From a bacterium (GTDB lineage Bacteria; Sysuimicrobiota; Sysuimicrobiia; Sysuimicrobiales; Segetimicrobiaceae): 64,000 nt of DNA. The stretch spans positions 4,855 through 68,854 of the forward strand of contig DASYZR010000166.1 of NCBI GenBank assembly GCA_035945995.1. The letters run 5' to 3'. The position numbers were made by a program, and so were the translations under genes. Position 1 is the first letter of the stretch, and each line of letters begins with the position of its first letter. Under the pieces are notes generated by a model. It was not told where the DNA came from and ran no database searches. It saw nothing but the letters and a program-made list of their open reading frames with translations. Positions 17,286 to 30,283 of this stretch are shown in pieces.

Positions 17286-18128
17286 ATGCGGGTCGACGCG
17301 GCCTCGCGCGCGTTCGAGATGACGCTGCCGGTCAACGGGGGACGGCCGCGCCTGATCCGGATCACCGAGGGCGGTCCCGGATTCGGCCTCGTACGGATTC
17401 TCGGGCCGGCCACGGGTCCGCGGATCGCCGGGCGGGTGGTCGCGGCGGTGCGCCACGTGCTGCGGCTCGACGAGCCGCTGGCCGAATTCTACGCGCTCGC
17501 GGCGGACGATCCCGATCTCGCCTGGGCGTGCGCCGGCGCGGGGCGGCTGATCCGCAGCCCCACCGTGTTCGAAGACGTCGTCAAGACGGTCTGCACGACG
17601 AACTGCTCGTGGGCGCTCACGCGCCGGATGGTGACGGCGCTCGTGGAGCACCTCGGCGCGCCCGTTCCCGGCGCGCCCGTCCGTGGGTGGATCGGCCGGG
17701 CGTTTCCCTCGCCGGCGGCGATGGCGGCGGCGCGGCCGGCCTTCTACAAGAACGTCGTCCACGCCGGCTACCGCGGACCGTACCTCTTGGCGCTGTCACG
17801 CCGCGTCGCGCGCGGCGAGGTGGACCTGGAAGCGCTCGGCCGCCGTCCCGGCACGCCCGGGGCCCTGACGGACGAGGAGGTGGCCGAGCGCCTCGGGGAC
17901 CTCCCCGGCGTCGGGCCGTACGCGGTCGCCCACATCATGCTGCTCGTGGGACGATACTCGCGCCTCGTCTTCGACTCGTGGACACGGCCGGCGTTCGCCC
18001 GCCTCTCAGGACGCCGGCGGCAGGTCGCGGATCGGACTATCGCCAGGCGATTCCGTCGCTACGGCCGGTACGCCGGACTGGCGTTCTGGCTGTACCTCAC
18101 GCGGCACTGGGTCGAGCCGGCATCGTGA
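17286..18128 (+). CDS. DNA-3-methyladenine glycosylase II / HhH-GPD base-excision repair protein (AlkA-like)
   Basis: HhH-GPD motif region (LGDLPGVGPYAVAHIMLL). Conserved-looking in-frame sequence upstream (...DLWRTCLSHGLTELPP) suggests the true start may be an upstream non-ATG codon. Confidence 0.75.
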   Translation: MRVDAASRAFEMTLPVNGGRPRLIRITEGGPGFGLVRILGPATGPRIAGRVVAAVRHVLRLDEPLAEFYALAADDPDLAWACAGAGRLIRSPTVFEDVVKTVCTTNCSWALTRRMVTALVEHLGAPVPGAPVRGWIGRAFPSPAAMAAARPAFYKNVVHAGYRGPYLLALSRRVARGEVDLEALGRRPGTPGALTDEEVAERLGDLPGVGPYAVAHIMLLVGRYSRLVFDSWTRPAFARLSGRRRQVADRTIARRFRRYGRYAGLAFWLYLTRHWVEPAS

Positions 18129-18132
18129 AGAC

Positions 18133-18396
18133 CTAGGGTTCAACGGCCAGCGGCGGCCCAAGGAGCTCCATGCCGTGGGCGCGCCAGAGCGCCGGGTCCT
18201 GCGGCGGCATTGCGTTGGCCCTCGTGACTTCGCGGAAGAACGCTTCCATCTTGCCGGCGGGCGTAAACGCGATCAGGATTTTGCCGCGCGAGTCACCGAC
18301 GTGCGCCCAGACATGGGGCACCTCCCGCGGCGCAAGCACAGAATCGCCCGGCCGCAGCGTGAACCGTTCCTGTCTGAGCAGCGGGGGATTCCGTGC
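18133..18396 (-). pseudogene. cupin-domain gene remnant (C-terminal half only)
   Basis: The minus-strand frame reads LRPGDSVLAPREVPHVWAHVGDSRGKILIAFTPAGKMEAFF, which is cupin motif 2. A stop sits immediately upstream and no motif-1 half is present. Only 343 bp separate the flanking genes. Confidence 0.4.
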
Positions 18397-18471
18397 TCAC
18401 CGACGCTGTCCTGCCCGCCCAGGCGAAAAAACTGAAGAGGCCATCCCGCCGGCAACGGGGAAAGATGTAGA

Positions 18472-20580
18472 TTGATGCCCAAGACCGTTCACGTCATCCT
18501 GGCTTTCCATGCCCACGAACCGCTTTGGGACCTGCCCGCGCACCTGCAAAGCGCCGTCCCGGACATGCGCATCGCGCAGGCGGTGCCCCCGGAGAACTAC
18601 CTGCGGCGGCGGGCCAAAGAAGGCCGCAACATCTACCGCGATCTCATCGCGTTCGCCAGCGGGATGGGCGTCCGGGTGACGGTCGACATCTCGAACGATC
18701 TGTTCTTTCAGATCCGCACGATTCTCCCGCGCACGTTCGAAGAGCTGCGGCGCGCGTACCGCGATCATACGATCTATCCGCTGTACACAACCGCGCATCA
18801 CACGCACGCGGTGCTGCTCGAGCCGGGAGAGCTGGTCGAGGAGCTGCGCCTGAACCAGGAGGCCCTCCACGATCTCGTCGGCGCGCCCAAGCCGCGGCAC
18901 CGCGTGTTCTTCTTCACCGAATGCTCGGTGCACCCGCGGTTTGCGCCGGCCCTCGAGGACGCCGGCATCGACGCGATCGTCCACCCGCACCTGAGCAACC
19001 GCAAGGGCGTCTACACGACCTCCGATCCGTCGCACGACTACGTGCACCGCCCGTTTCTCATCGGGCGGCGGATCATCGCGCTGCCGCGGCACTTCCGCGT
19101 CTCGCAGGAGATCTGGCGCCCGGTCACCCGCATGTACCCGCAGGAGGTGCGCTCGCAGGGCTACATGATGGGCTCCTATTACGTGTTCGACACGGAGTAC
19201 CGCGAGCACCGCTACCTCGATTTTCCGATCGATCGCGCCCGCGGCGTCGAGGAGTACGCGACCACCCTCCGCGAGGCGCTGGCGGCCGCGCCGGACGGAG
19301 GCTTGATCCTGTACATTCAGGATCTCGAATTGATGGACTTCGGCGATGTCGCGCTCGACGTGCTGCAGGCGGCGTGGAAGCAGGTGCTCGGGTCGTCCGA
19401 CGCGACCGTCAATTTCTCCACGCCCGACGAGTATCTCGAGACGCTGCCCGGCCCCCCCGAAGCGCGCGTCGAGCACCAGGGCATGGGGTGGGCGCCGGAG
19501 ACCCGCGTGCTGCTCCGCTCGGACGGCCAGTACCCGCCGCTGTACGCGGGCGAGGCCGGGGGGGTCGACGTGGTGCCGGCGATCTTCCGGCCGCATCCGT
19601 TCATCTACTGGGAGCCCGGCAAGTACGTCGTGGGGCTGTTTGGATGGCTGCTGCGCGCGTTCGGGCTGCTGTCGCCCGTGGGCATCCACGCGTCGGTGCT
19701 CTGTGACGAGGGCTATCTGCTCTACCGCTTCCCGATCGAGAAGCGGATCGCGGTCGGCTTCCGCCTGCTCAAGCAGGCCGACAACTGGGGCTGGCAGCCG
19801 AGCGAGGCGCTCAACAAGCGGCCCTACCTGTACGGGCTCATGCTGGCCGACGCGCTCATGGTCATGCTGCAGTTCTATCCGGAGCGCTATCCGGCGACCG
19901 AAGACCGGGTCGACCCGCGGATTCTCGTCGGGCTCGGCCGGTTGCCGGAAGGCCTGCTCGACACGCGGATCGCGTATCTCCGCTTCGCGCTCGAACGGCT
20001 CCGTGAGGAGCGCCACGACTACGATCCGAGCGAGGCGTTCCGGCAGCTCGACTACGCGACGGACTTCCGCGACAAGGCGGGGCGCGGCGCGGAGCAGCTG
20101 CTCGACGCGTACCGCGCGCTCGACGAGGATTTCCGCAACGCGGCCCGCTGGCGGCGCGTGCTGCTCGAGGCGCGCGAGCACTGCCGCAACGTCTTTCTCT
20201 GTCTCGACCACGTCCAGCGGACGTGGATGGCGGCCGGCGACGTCGACTTCCTCATCGACGCGATGTACCGGTACCTGTACGACCTGTACCCGCCGCGTTT
20301 TCCGGAAATCCTGGACCAGGTGGACCGCGGGACCGCGGCCGAACGCGTCTATCTCGGCACCCGGCTGGTGCACTTCGCGATCCCCTCCGAGTCGCCCGTG
20401 GCCGGCCGTCCGCTGAGCGCGCTAACGGTCTCGCCCGACAGTCTCGTCATCGCGCTGCGCCGGGGCACGCGGATGCTGGTCCCCCGGGGCGACACCGTGC
20501 TGCACGGCGGCGACCACATCACCGTCGCCACGACCCGGGGAGACAGCGTGCGGCTGGACGACATCATCGCGCTCCGGTGA
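18472..20580 (+). CDS. GH57-like glycoside hydrolase domain protein fused to a C-terminal TrkA_C (RCK_C) domain
   Basis: 702-aa ORF with real-protein composition. N-terminal HxHxP-like motif (ILAFHAHEPLW), a YPLY region, FFFTECSV (GH57 nucleophile-Glu context) and QDLELMDFG (a DGEKFG-like region). The C-terminal about 80 aa match TrkA_C (GRPLSALTV...GDTVLHGGDHITV). Stop at 20580 lies 13 nt before glgE. Confidence 0.8.
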   Translation: MMPKTVHVILAFHAHEPLWDLPAHLQSAVPDMRIAQAVPPENYLRRRAKEGRNIYRDLIAFASGMGVRVTVDISNDLFFQIRTILPRTFEELRRAYRDHTIYPLYTTAHHTHAVLLEPGELVEELRLNQEALHDLVGAPKPRHRVFFFTECSVHPRFAPALEDAGIDAIVHPHLSNRKGVYTTSDPSHDYVHRPFLIGRRIIALPRHFRVSQEIWRPVTRMYPQEVRSQGYMMGSYYVFDTEYREHRYLDFPIDRARGVEEYATTLREALAAAPDGGLILYIQDLELMDFGDVALDVLQAAWKQVLGSSDATVNFSTPDEYLETLPGPPEARVEHQGMGWAPETRVLLRSDGQYPPLYAGEAGGVDVVPAIFRPHPFIYWEPGKYVVGLFGWLLRAFGLLSPVGIHASVLCDEGYLLYRFPIEKRIAVGFRLLKQADNWGWQPSEALNKRPYLYGLMLADALMVMLQFYPERYPATEDRVDPRILVGLGRLPEGLLDTRIAYLRFALERLREERHDYDPSEAFRQLDYATDFRDKAGRGAEQLLDAYRALDEDFRNAARWRRVLLEAREHCRNVFLCLDHVQRTWMAAGDVDFLIDAMYRYLYDLYPPRFPEILDQVDRGTAAERVYLGTRLVHFAIPSESPVAGRPLSALTVSPDSLVIALRRGTRMLVPRGDTVLHGGDHITVATTRGDSVRLDDIIALR

Positions 20581-20593
20581 GACGGTTGCCGGT

Positions 20594-22641
20594 ATGAGCC
20601 CGCGGACGCCTCGGCACGAGTCCGCCATGAAGGACCGACCCGGACGGGTCGCGATTGAGGGCGTGACGCCTGAGATCGACGGCGGGCGGTTCCCCGCGAA
20701 GCGGACCGCCGGGGACACCGTTGTCGTCGAGTGCGACGCGTTCGCCGACGGCCACGAGCTGCTGGCCGGTGTGCTGCGGTACCGGTGGGAGGGCGATGCC
20801 GTCTCGCGCGGGGGCTGGAGCGAGACGCCGCTCCTCCCGTTGGACAACGACCGCTGGCGGGGCATCTTTGTCGCGGCACGGGCCGGCCGGTACCGCTTCA
20901 CGGTGGAGGCGTGGGTCGATCCGTTTTCGACGTGGGCGCACGATCTCACCAGACGGGTCGAGGCGGGGCAGGACGTGCGGGTGGATCTGCGGATCGGCGC
21001 CGAGATGGTCCGGGCCGCGGCCGGGCGCGCGCCGAGCCGGCGGCGCGGGCCACAGACGCCCTCGGACCGTGCGCGGCTGACCGGGTGGGCCGGGCGTCTC
21101 GAGACGGGTGATGAGGAGGCGGTCCGGATGGCGCTCTCGGCGGAGCTGGCCGACACGATGCGCCGGCACCCCGCGCGGGACGGCGCGTCGCGCTACGCCC
21201 CCGAGCTCACCCTCGTCGTGGACCGTGAGCGCGCGCGCTTCGGCGCGTGGTACGAGATGTTTCCGCGGTCGACCTCGCCGGAGCCGGGCCGCCACGGCAC
21301 CTTTGCCGACTGCGAACGGCGCCTGCCGTACGTCGCCGGCATGGGGTTCGACGTGCTGTACCTGCCGCCGATCCATCCGATCGGCCGCGCGCACCGCAAG
21401 GGCCGCAACAACTCCGAGACGGCCGGTCCGGAGGACCCGGGGAGCCCCTGGGCGATCGGCGCCGCCGAAGGCGGCCACACCGCGATCCATTCCGACCTCG
21501 GGACGATCGACGATTTTCGCCGCCTCCTCGCGCGCGCCCGCGAGCACGGACTGGAGATCGCCCTCGATCTCGCGTACCAGTGCGCGCCGGACCATCCGTA
21601 CGTCCGCGAGCACCCGGAGTGGTTTCGCCGGCGGCCCGACGGCACCGTCCAGTACGCCGAAAACCCGCCGAAGAAGTATCAGGACATCTACCCGTTCGAC
21701 TTCGACTCGGACGACTGGCGGGGGTTGTGGAAAGAGCTCCTCGGCGTCGTGCGGTTCTGGATGCGCGAGGGCGTGCGCATTTTCCGCGTGGACAATCCCC
21801 ACACGAAGCCGTTCGCGTTCTGGCAGTGGTTGATCGCGGAGATCCACCGCACCGACCCCGACGTCATCTTCCTCGCGGAGGCGTTCACGCGCCCGAAGGT
21901 GATGTACCGGCTTGCGAAGGTGGGCTTCACGCAGTCGTACACCTACTTCACCTGGCGCACCACCAAGGCCGATCTGACGGCATACTTCACGGAATTGACC
22001 CGCCCCCCCGTGCGCGACTTCTTCCGGCCCAACCTCTGGCCCAACACGCCGGACATCCTCCACAAGTACCTCCAGGACGGGGGCCGGCCCGCGTTCGCGG
22101 TGCGCCTCGTGCTCGCGGCCACGCTCGGGGCGAACTTCGGCATCTACGGGCCGGCCTTCGAGCTCTTTGAGCACCGGTCGGCCGCCCCGGGAAACCCGCC
22201 CCCGGCCAGCGAGGAGTACCTCAACGCCGAGAAATACGAGATCAAGCGCTGGGACCTCGACCGGCCGGACAGCCTGCGCGGCCTGATCGCCCGCGTCAAC
22301 GCGATCCGGCGGGCCCACCCGGCGCTGCAGCGCGACGACACGCTCGTGTTTCATTCGGTGGACAACGACCAATTGCTCTGCTACAGCAAGACGGCGCCGG
22401 CTGGCGGCGCGGGGCAGGCAGGCGGCGCGGCGGTGCTCGTCGTCGTGAACCTCGATCCGGCGTTCGCACAGTCGGGTTGGACCACGCTGTCGCTGCCCGC
22501 CCTCGGCCTGGGTCCGGACGACCCGTATGCCGTGACGGACCTGCTGACGGACGCGCGCTACACCTGGCGCGGCCGGCGGAACTACGTCGTGCTGCGTCCG
22601 GCCGAGCAGCCGGCGCACATCTTTCGCCTGGACCGGGCGCC

Positions 22642-22645
<4 letters not shown>
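20594..22645 (+). CDS. glgE: alpha-1,4-glucan:maltose-1-phosphate maltosyltransferase
   Basis: Classic GlgE signature ([52 protein letters not shown]). 683 aa. Confidence 0.92.
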
Positions 22646-26127
<3,482 letters not shown>

Positions 26128-26131
<4 letters not shown>

Positions 26132-27981
26132 GCGACGGCACGCCGGGCGCCGTCCTGCTCCCCGGCGGCCGCTGCCGGTTCCGCGTTTGGGCGCCGCGGG
26201 CCAGCGCGGTCGAGGTGTACCTGGTCACCCCGCGCAGCCGGCGCGTCGCGCTCGCATCCTGCGACGGGGGCTACTACGAGGCCGTGGTCCCGGATGTCGA
26301 GGCCGGGGCGCGATACCGGTACGTGCTCGACGGCACGGTCGATTACCCCGATCCGGCGTCCCGCCTGCAGCCGGACGGCGTCCACGGGCCGTCGCAGGTC
26401 GTCGATGCGGCGTTTGCGTGGAAGGACGCCGGGTGGCGCGGGCTCCCGCTCGCAGAGTACGTCATCTACGAACTGCACGTCGGCGCGTTTTCCGCGGCGG
26501 GCACGTTCGACGGAGTGATGGGCGAGCTCGAGGCGCTCGCCGACCTCGGGGTGACCGCGATCGAGCTGATGCCGGTGGCGCAGTTTCCCGGCCGGCGCAA
26601 CTGGGGATACGACGCCGTGTATCTCTACGCCGTGCATCCGGAGTACGGCGGGGCGGAGGGGCTGAAGCGCCTCGTGGACGCCTGCCACCGCCGGGGGCTC
26701 GCCGTTGTGCTCGACGTCGTCTACAACCACCTCGGTCCCGAAGGGAACTACCTCGGAGCATTCGGCCCGTACTTTACGGACCGCTACCGGACGCCCTGGG
26801 GGGACGCGATGAACTTCGACGGCCCCGACAGCGATGCGGTGCGGCAGTTCGTGGTCGACAACGCGTGCTGGTGGGTCGAGGAGTTTCACGTCGACGCGCT
26901 GCGCCTCGACGCCCTCCACGCGGTCGTCGACCAGTCCGCGCGCCACATCTTCGAGGAACTGGCGGGCGCCGTCCACGACCGTGCGCGGGCGGCCGGCCGC
27001 GCGGTGCACGTGATCGCGGAGAGCGGTCTCAACGATCCGCGCCTGCTGCGGCCGCCGGACCGCGGCGGGTACGGCCTCGACGCGGACTGGAACGACGATT
27101 TTCACCATGCGCTCCACGCGCTGCTCACGGGCGAGCGAATGCGCTACTACATGGACTTCGACGGCGCCGCGGACCTGGCGCGGGCGTGGACCGACGGGTT
27201 CGTGCTCGCGGGCCGGTACTCGCCCTATCTCCGGCGCCGGTTCGGGGCGCCGTCGCTCGATATCCCGGCCGAGCGGTTCGTCGTCTTCGCCCAGAATCAC
27301 GACCAGGCCGGCAACCGGGCGCTCGGCGAGCGGCTGACGGCGCTCGTCGGGTTCGAGGCGCTCAAACTGGCGGCGGGGACGGTGTTGCTCTCGCCGTTCG
27401 TGCCGCTCCTCTTCATGGGCGAAGAGTATGGGGAGACGGCGCCGTTTCTCTACTTCACCGACCACGGGGACCCGGGCCTCGCGGCGGCCGTCCGGCAGGG
27501 CCGGTACGAAGAGTACCCGGAGAGTGAGCCGCCCGATCCCCAGTCGCCCGAGACGTTCGAACGGTCGCGGGTCGCGCGCGGCCACGCGCGCGAGCCGCGC
27601 CACCGCGTGCTGCTCGATCTCTATACCGCCCTGATCCGGCTGCGCAAGACGGATCCCGCGCTGGCCAACCTCAGCAAGGGAACCATGGACGTCCGCGTCT
27701 GGGACGACGCCCGCGTTCTCCTGGTCCGCCGCTGGCACGAGCGGAGCGCCGTCGTCGCCGCGTTCAATTTCTCCGCGTCTCCGGCGATGGTCGAGGCGGC
27801 GGTGCCGGCCGGCCCGTGGAAACTCGTGATCGACTCCGCGGACGCGCGGTGGGCCGGCCCCGGCCGCGCGGCGCCCGAGATCCTCGAGTCCCGCGGCACG
27901 GTGATGCTCACGCTCGCACCGTGGTCCTTCGCGCTGTTCGGGACGGACGTGGACCCGGGCGCCGAAGGAGGCCGCCCGTGA
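26128..27981 (+). CDS. treZ: malto-oligosyltrehalose trehalohydrolase (GH13)
   Basis: N-terminal E-set region (RFRVWAPRA) and a GH13_10 catalytic core (YELHVGAFSAAGTF, GVTAIELMPVAQFPGRRNWGYD, VLDVVYNHLGPEGN). The ATG overlaps the treS-mak stop as ATGA. Confidence 0.85.
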
Positions 27982-29036
27982 CCCCGGAACGCAAACCCGT
28001 TGTCGCGCTGACGTTCGGCGATCCGGCCGGGATCGGGCCGGAGCTCATCGCAAAACTCGTGGCGCGCGGCGATCCGGTGCGGCAGGCGACCGCCGTCGTG
28101 GTCGGCGACCGGTGGGTGTGGGACGACGGGCAGCGCGTGGCCGGCACGCGGACGGCGCTCCACGAGATCGCGTCCATCGCCGAGGCGCGGACCCGGGAGA
28201 AGCCGGGCGCACCGTTCTTCCTCCCGATCGACACCGTGACGCCGCACGACGTGCGGCGCGCAACGGCCACCGCCGGGGGCGGCGCCTCGGTCCTCCGCGC
28301 GCTGGCGATCTGCCTGGATGCCGCGCGCGCCGGCCAGATCGACGCGATCTGCTTTGCGCCCCTCAACAAGCTCGCGATGAAACAGGGGGGACTCGCCTTC
28401 GAGGACGAGCTGCACTTCTTCGCCGACTATCTCGGGGTACGGACCTACTTCTGCGAGCTCAACGTGCTGGACCCCGACGGCCGCGGGACAGGCGGGCTGT
28501 GGACCACGCGCGTCACGTCGCACATTCCGCTCCGGGACGTCGCCGCAGCACTCAGCCGCGACCGCATCAAGGACGCGGCCCGGCTGCTCTATCGCGCGCT
28601 CGAGGCGGCGGGGGTCGGGCGGCCGCGGGTCGCCGTGGCGGCCCTCAACCCGCACGCCGGCGAGGGCGGCACCTGCGGGCGGGAAGAGATCGACATCATC
28701 GAGCCGGCGGTGCGCGAGGCGCGCGCCGAAGGCCTCCCGATGGACGGACCGTTTCCGGCCGACACGATCTTTTTGCGGGCCCGCGCCGGTCTCTACGACG
28801 GCATTCTCACGATGTACCACGACCAGGGGCAGATCGCGATCAAGTTGATGGGCTTCGAGCGCGGGGTGACCGTCCAGGGCGGCCTGCCCGTCCCGATCAC
28901 CACGCCGGCGCACGGTACCGCGTTCGACATCGCCGGCCAGAACAAGGCCGGCGTAGAGGCGCTCACCCGGGCCTTCGCGATCGCCTGCCGGATGGGCGCC
29001 TCCAGCCGTGCCGCGGGAACCGTGCGCGCACCCTGA
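27978..29036 (+). CDS. PdxA family dehydrogenase (4-hydroxythreonine-4-phosphate dehydrogenase-like)
   Basis: PdxA signature regions (ALTFGDPAGIGPE, ALNPHAGEGG, YHDQGQIAIK). GTG start overlaps the treZ stop as GTGA. Confidence 0.85.
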   Translation: MTPERKPVVALTFGDPAGIGPELIAKLVARGDPVRQATAVVVGDRWVWDDGQRVAGTRTALHEIASIAEARTREKPGAPFFLPIDTVTPHDVRRATATAGGGASVLRALAICLDAARAGQIDAICFAPLNKLAMKQGGLAFEDELHFFADYLGVRTYFCELNVLDPDGRGTGGLWTTRVTSHIPLRDVAAALSRDRIKDAARLLYRALEAAGVGRPRVAVAALNPHAGEGGTCGREEIDIIEPAVREARAEGLPMDGPFPADTIFLRARAGLYDGILTMYHDQGQIAIKLMGFERGVTVQGGLPVPITTPAHGTAFDIAGQNKAGVEALTRAFAIACRMGASSRAAGTVRAP

Positions 29037-29076
29037 GACGCGGGTCGGCGGCGCCTTACCAGCGGGCCCGGCGTTC

Positions 29077-29709
29077 TTAGCCCAACGCCGCTTCCAACGT
29101 CCGGTTCAGTCCCGCCAATCGCTCTGCCGGCAGTCGCGCGATGAATTTATGCAAGGCCGCCGCGAGATCGGGAGCGTCGTGCTCCATCTCCTGCAGCTTG
29201 CCGGTCGATAGACGGTAGAACGTGCTGGGAGAGAGCGCAACCACCGACGCGGTGCGCACACCGCCGATGTACATGGGCACCTCGCCCACGACCGTGCCGC
29301 CGCGCATCGTCCGCAGACGCGTGATCCGGCCATCGGGCAACTCAACCTGGGCCGTCAACTGACCGGACTCGATGAAGTACATCGCGTCGGACGGATTGCC
29401 CTGCCGCACGAGATAGTCGCCTTCGCCCACCTGGTGCTTCTCGAGATACGTCATCAACCGGTAGTTGACGACGAACAGCACAATCGCCACCACCACGCCC
29501 ATGCCCACACCTGCCAGAAAGTTCACCGCGCCGACGGCGGCGAGAATCAGCAGCACCAGCACATAATCGGTGCGCGGCAGTTTGAACCACGCGTCGTACA
29601 GCCACTCCACGAGGAACGAGAGGCCGAGAAAAAAGAGAAAACCGCCCAGTACCGGTTTGGGGAAGAATGACAGGAGCCCTGCGCCGAAGAAGAGCACAGC
29701 GGCGCACAC
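29077..29709 (-). CDS. membrane protein with a C-terminal cyclic-nucleotide-binding domain, probably a truncated SulP-like transporter
   Basis: The N-terminal about 100 aa contain two or three TM helices. The C-terminal cNMP-binding fold reads GEGDYLVRQGNPSDAMYFIESG...RTMRGGTVVGE. The hydrophobic frame stays open upstream of the GTG start with no upstream ORF, suggesting the N-terminal transporter part has been lost. Confidence 0.6.
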   Translation of the reverse strand: MCAAVLFFGAGLLSFFPKPVLGGFLFFLGLSFLVEWLYDAWFKLPRTDYVLVLLILAAVGAVNFLAGVGMGVVVAIVLFVVNYRLMTYLEKHQVGEGDYLVRQGNPSDAMYFIESGQLTAQVELPDGRITRLRTMRGGTVVGEVPMYIGGVRTASVVALSPSTFYRLSTGKLQEMEHDAPDLAAALHKFIARLPAERLAGLNRTLEAALG

Positions 29710-30024
29710 GGCGGCCGCGAAGAGCCGGCCAGCCGGCTGTTCGCTCCCAAACGGTATGCCAGGGCCGACAGGCTCAGCGTGTGGTAGCCGCGAGATTGGC
29801 CAGGCCCGCCGATTCGAGTTCGCGATTCAGATCGGTGTCCTGACGGATCGTCAATTCGAGTCCACTGGGATCCCTGTGAGGAAAGCAACCGTAGTTCGGG
29901 TGCGTGTACTCCGGCACGCATGGTCGAGGGCAACGTCGCATCGTCAGGCTTGTTATGCGGTTTCTAGTACCTTCCTGTACCCTGATTACCGCCTCTTACC
30001 ACACAACTCGTTGGCACGACATTA

Positions 30025-30060
30025 GCAAAAGGCCGGGCGGCTGTGGCGACCGCCCGGCCT
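30025..30060 (-). terminator. rho-independent terminator (10-bp GC stem GGCCGGGCGG/CCGCCCGGCC, 9-nt loop, followed by UUUUGCU on the minus strand)
   Basis: Perfect inverted repeat seen directly in the sequence, about 20 nt downstream of the small ORF's stop codon. Confidence 0.5.
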
Positions 30061-30078
30061 CGTGGAGCAGCCTGTCGC

Positions 30079-30267
30079 CTACGCCCTACGACTCCAAGGC
30101 CACCGCACGTTCCCGAAGGCGAGCCACAGGCCGAAGGGGATGAGGATGGCATCGGTTGTCAGGTTGATTACCCCGAGTGTCCCGCCCGGCTTCGGAATCC
30201 AGACGTAGACGCCTATAGCCAGAGCAAGCCATCCCCTTACGTCTTTCAGACCAAGGGACATCTTCAT
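30079..30267 (-). CDS. small hydrophobic membrane protein (62 aa)
   Basis: Product MKMSLGLKDVRGWLALAIGVYVWIPKPGGTLGVINLTTDAILIPFGLWLAFGNVRW. AGGGGGGG ribosome-binding site 8 nt upstream. Start is 16 nt downstream of the secreted-protein gene, and the terminator follows. Confidence 0.45.
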   Translation of the reverse strand: MKMSLGLKDVRGWLALAIGVYVWIPKPGGTLGVINLTTDAILIPFGLWLAFGNVRWPWSRRA

Positions 30268-30283
30268 GGCCGACCCCCCTGCC

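Noticed and set aside
18397-20373. 658-aa minus-strand ORF opposite the GH57-like/TrkA_C gene
   Set aside because: Composition artifact. The plus-strand partner has convincing motifs and balanced amino-acid usage.
20564-22618. 684-aa minus-strand ORF opposite glgE
   Set aside because: Antisense artifact. glgE identification is unambiguous.
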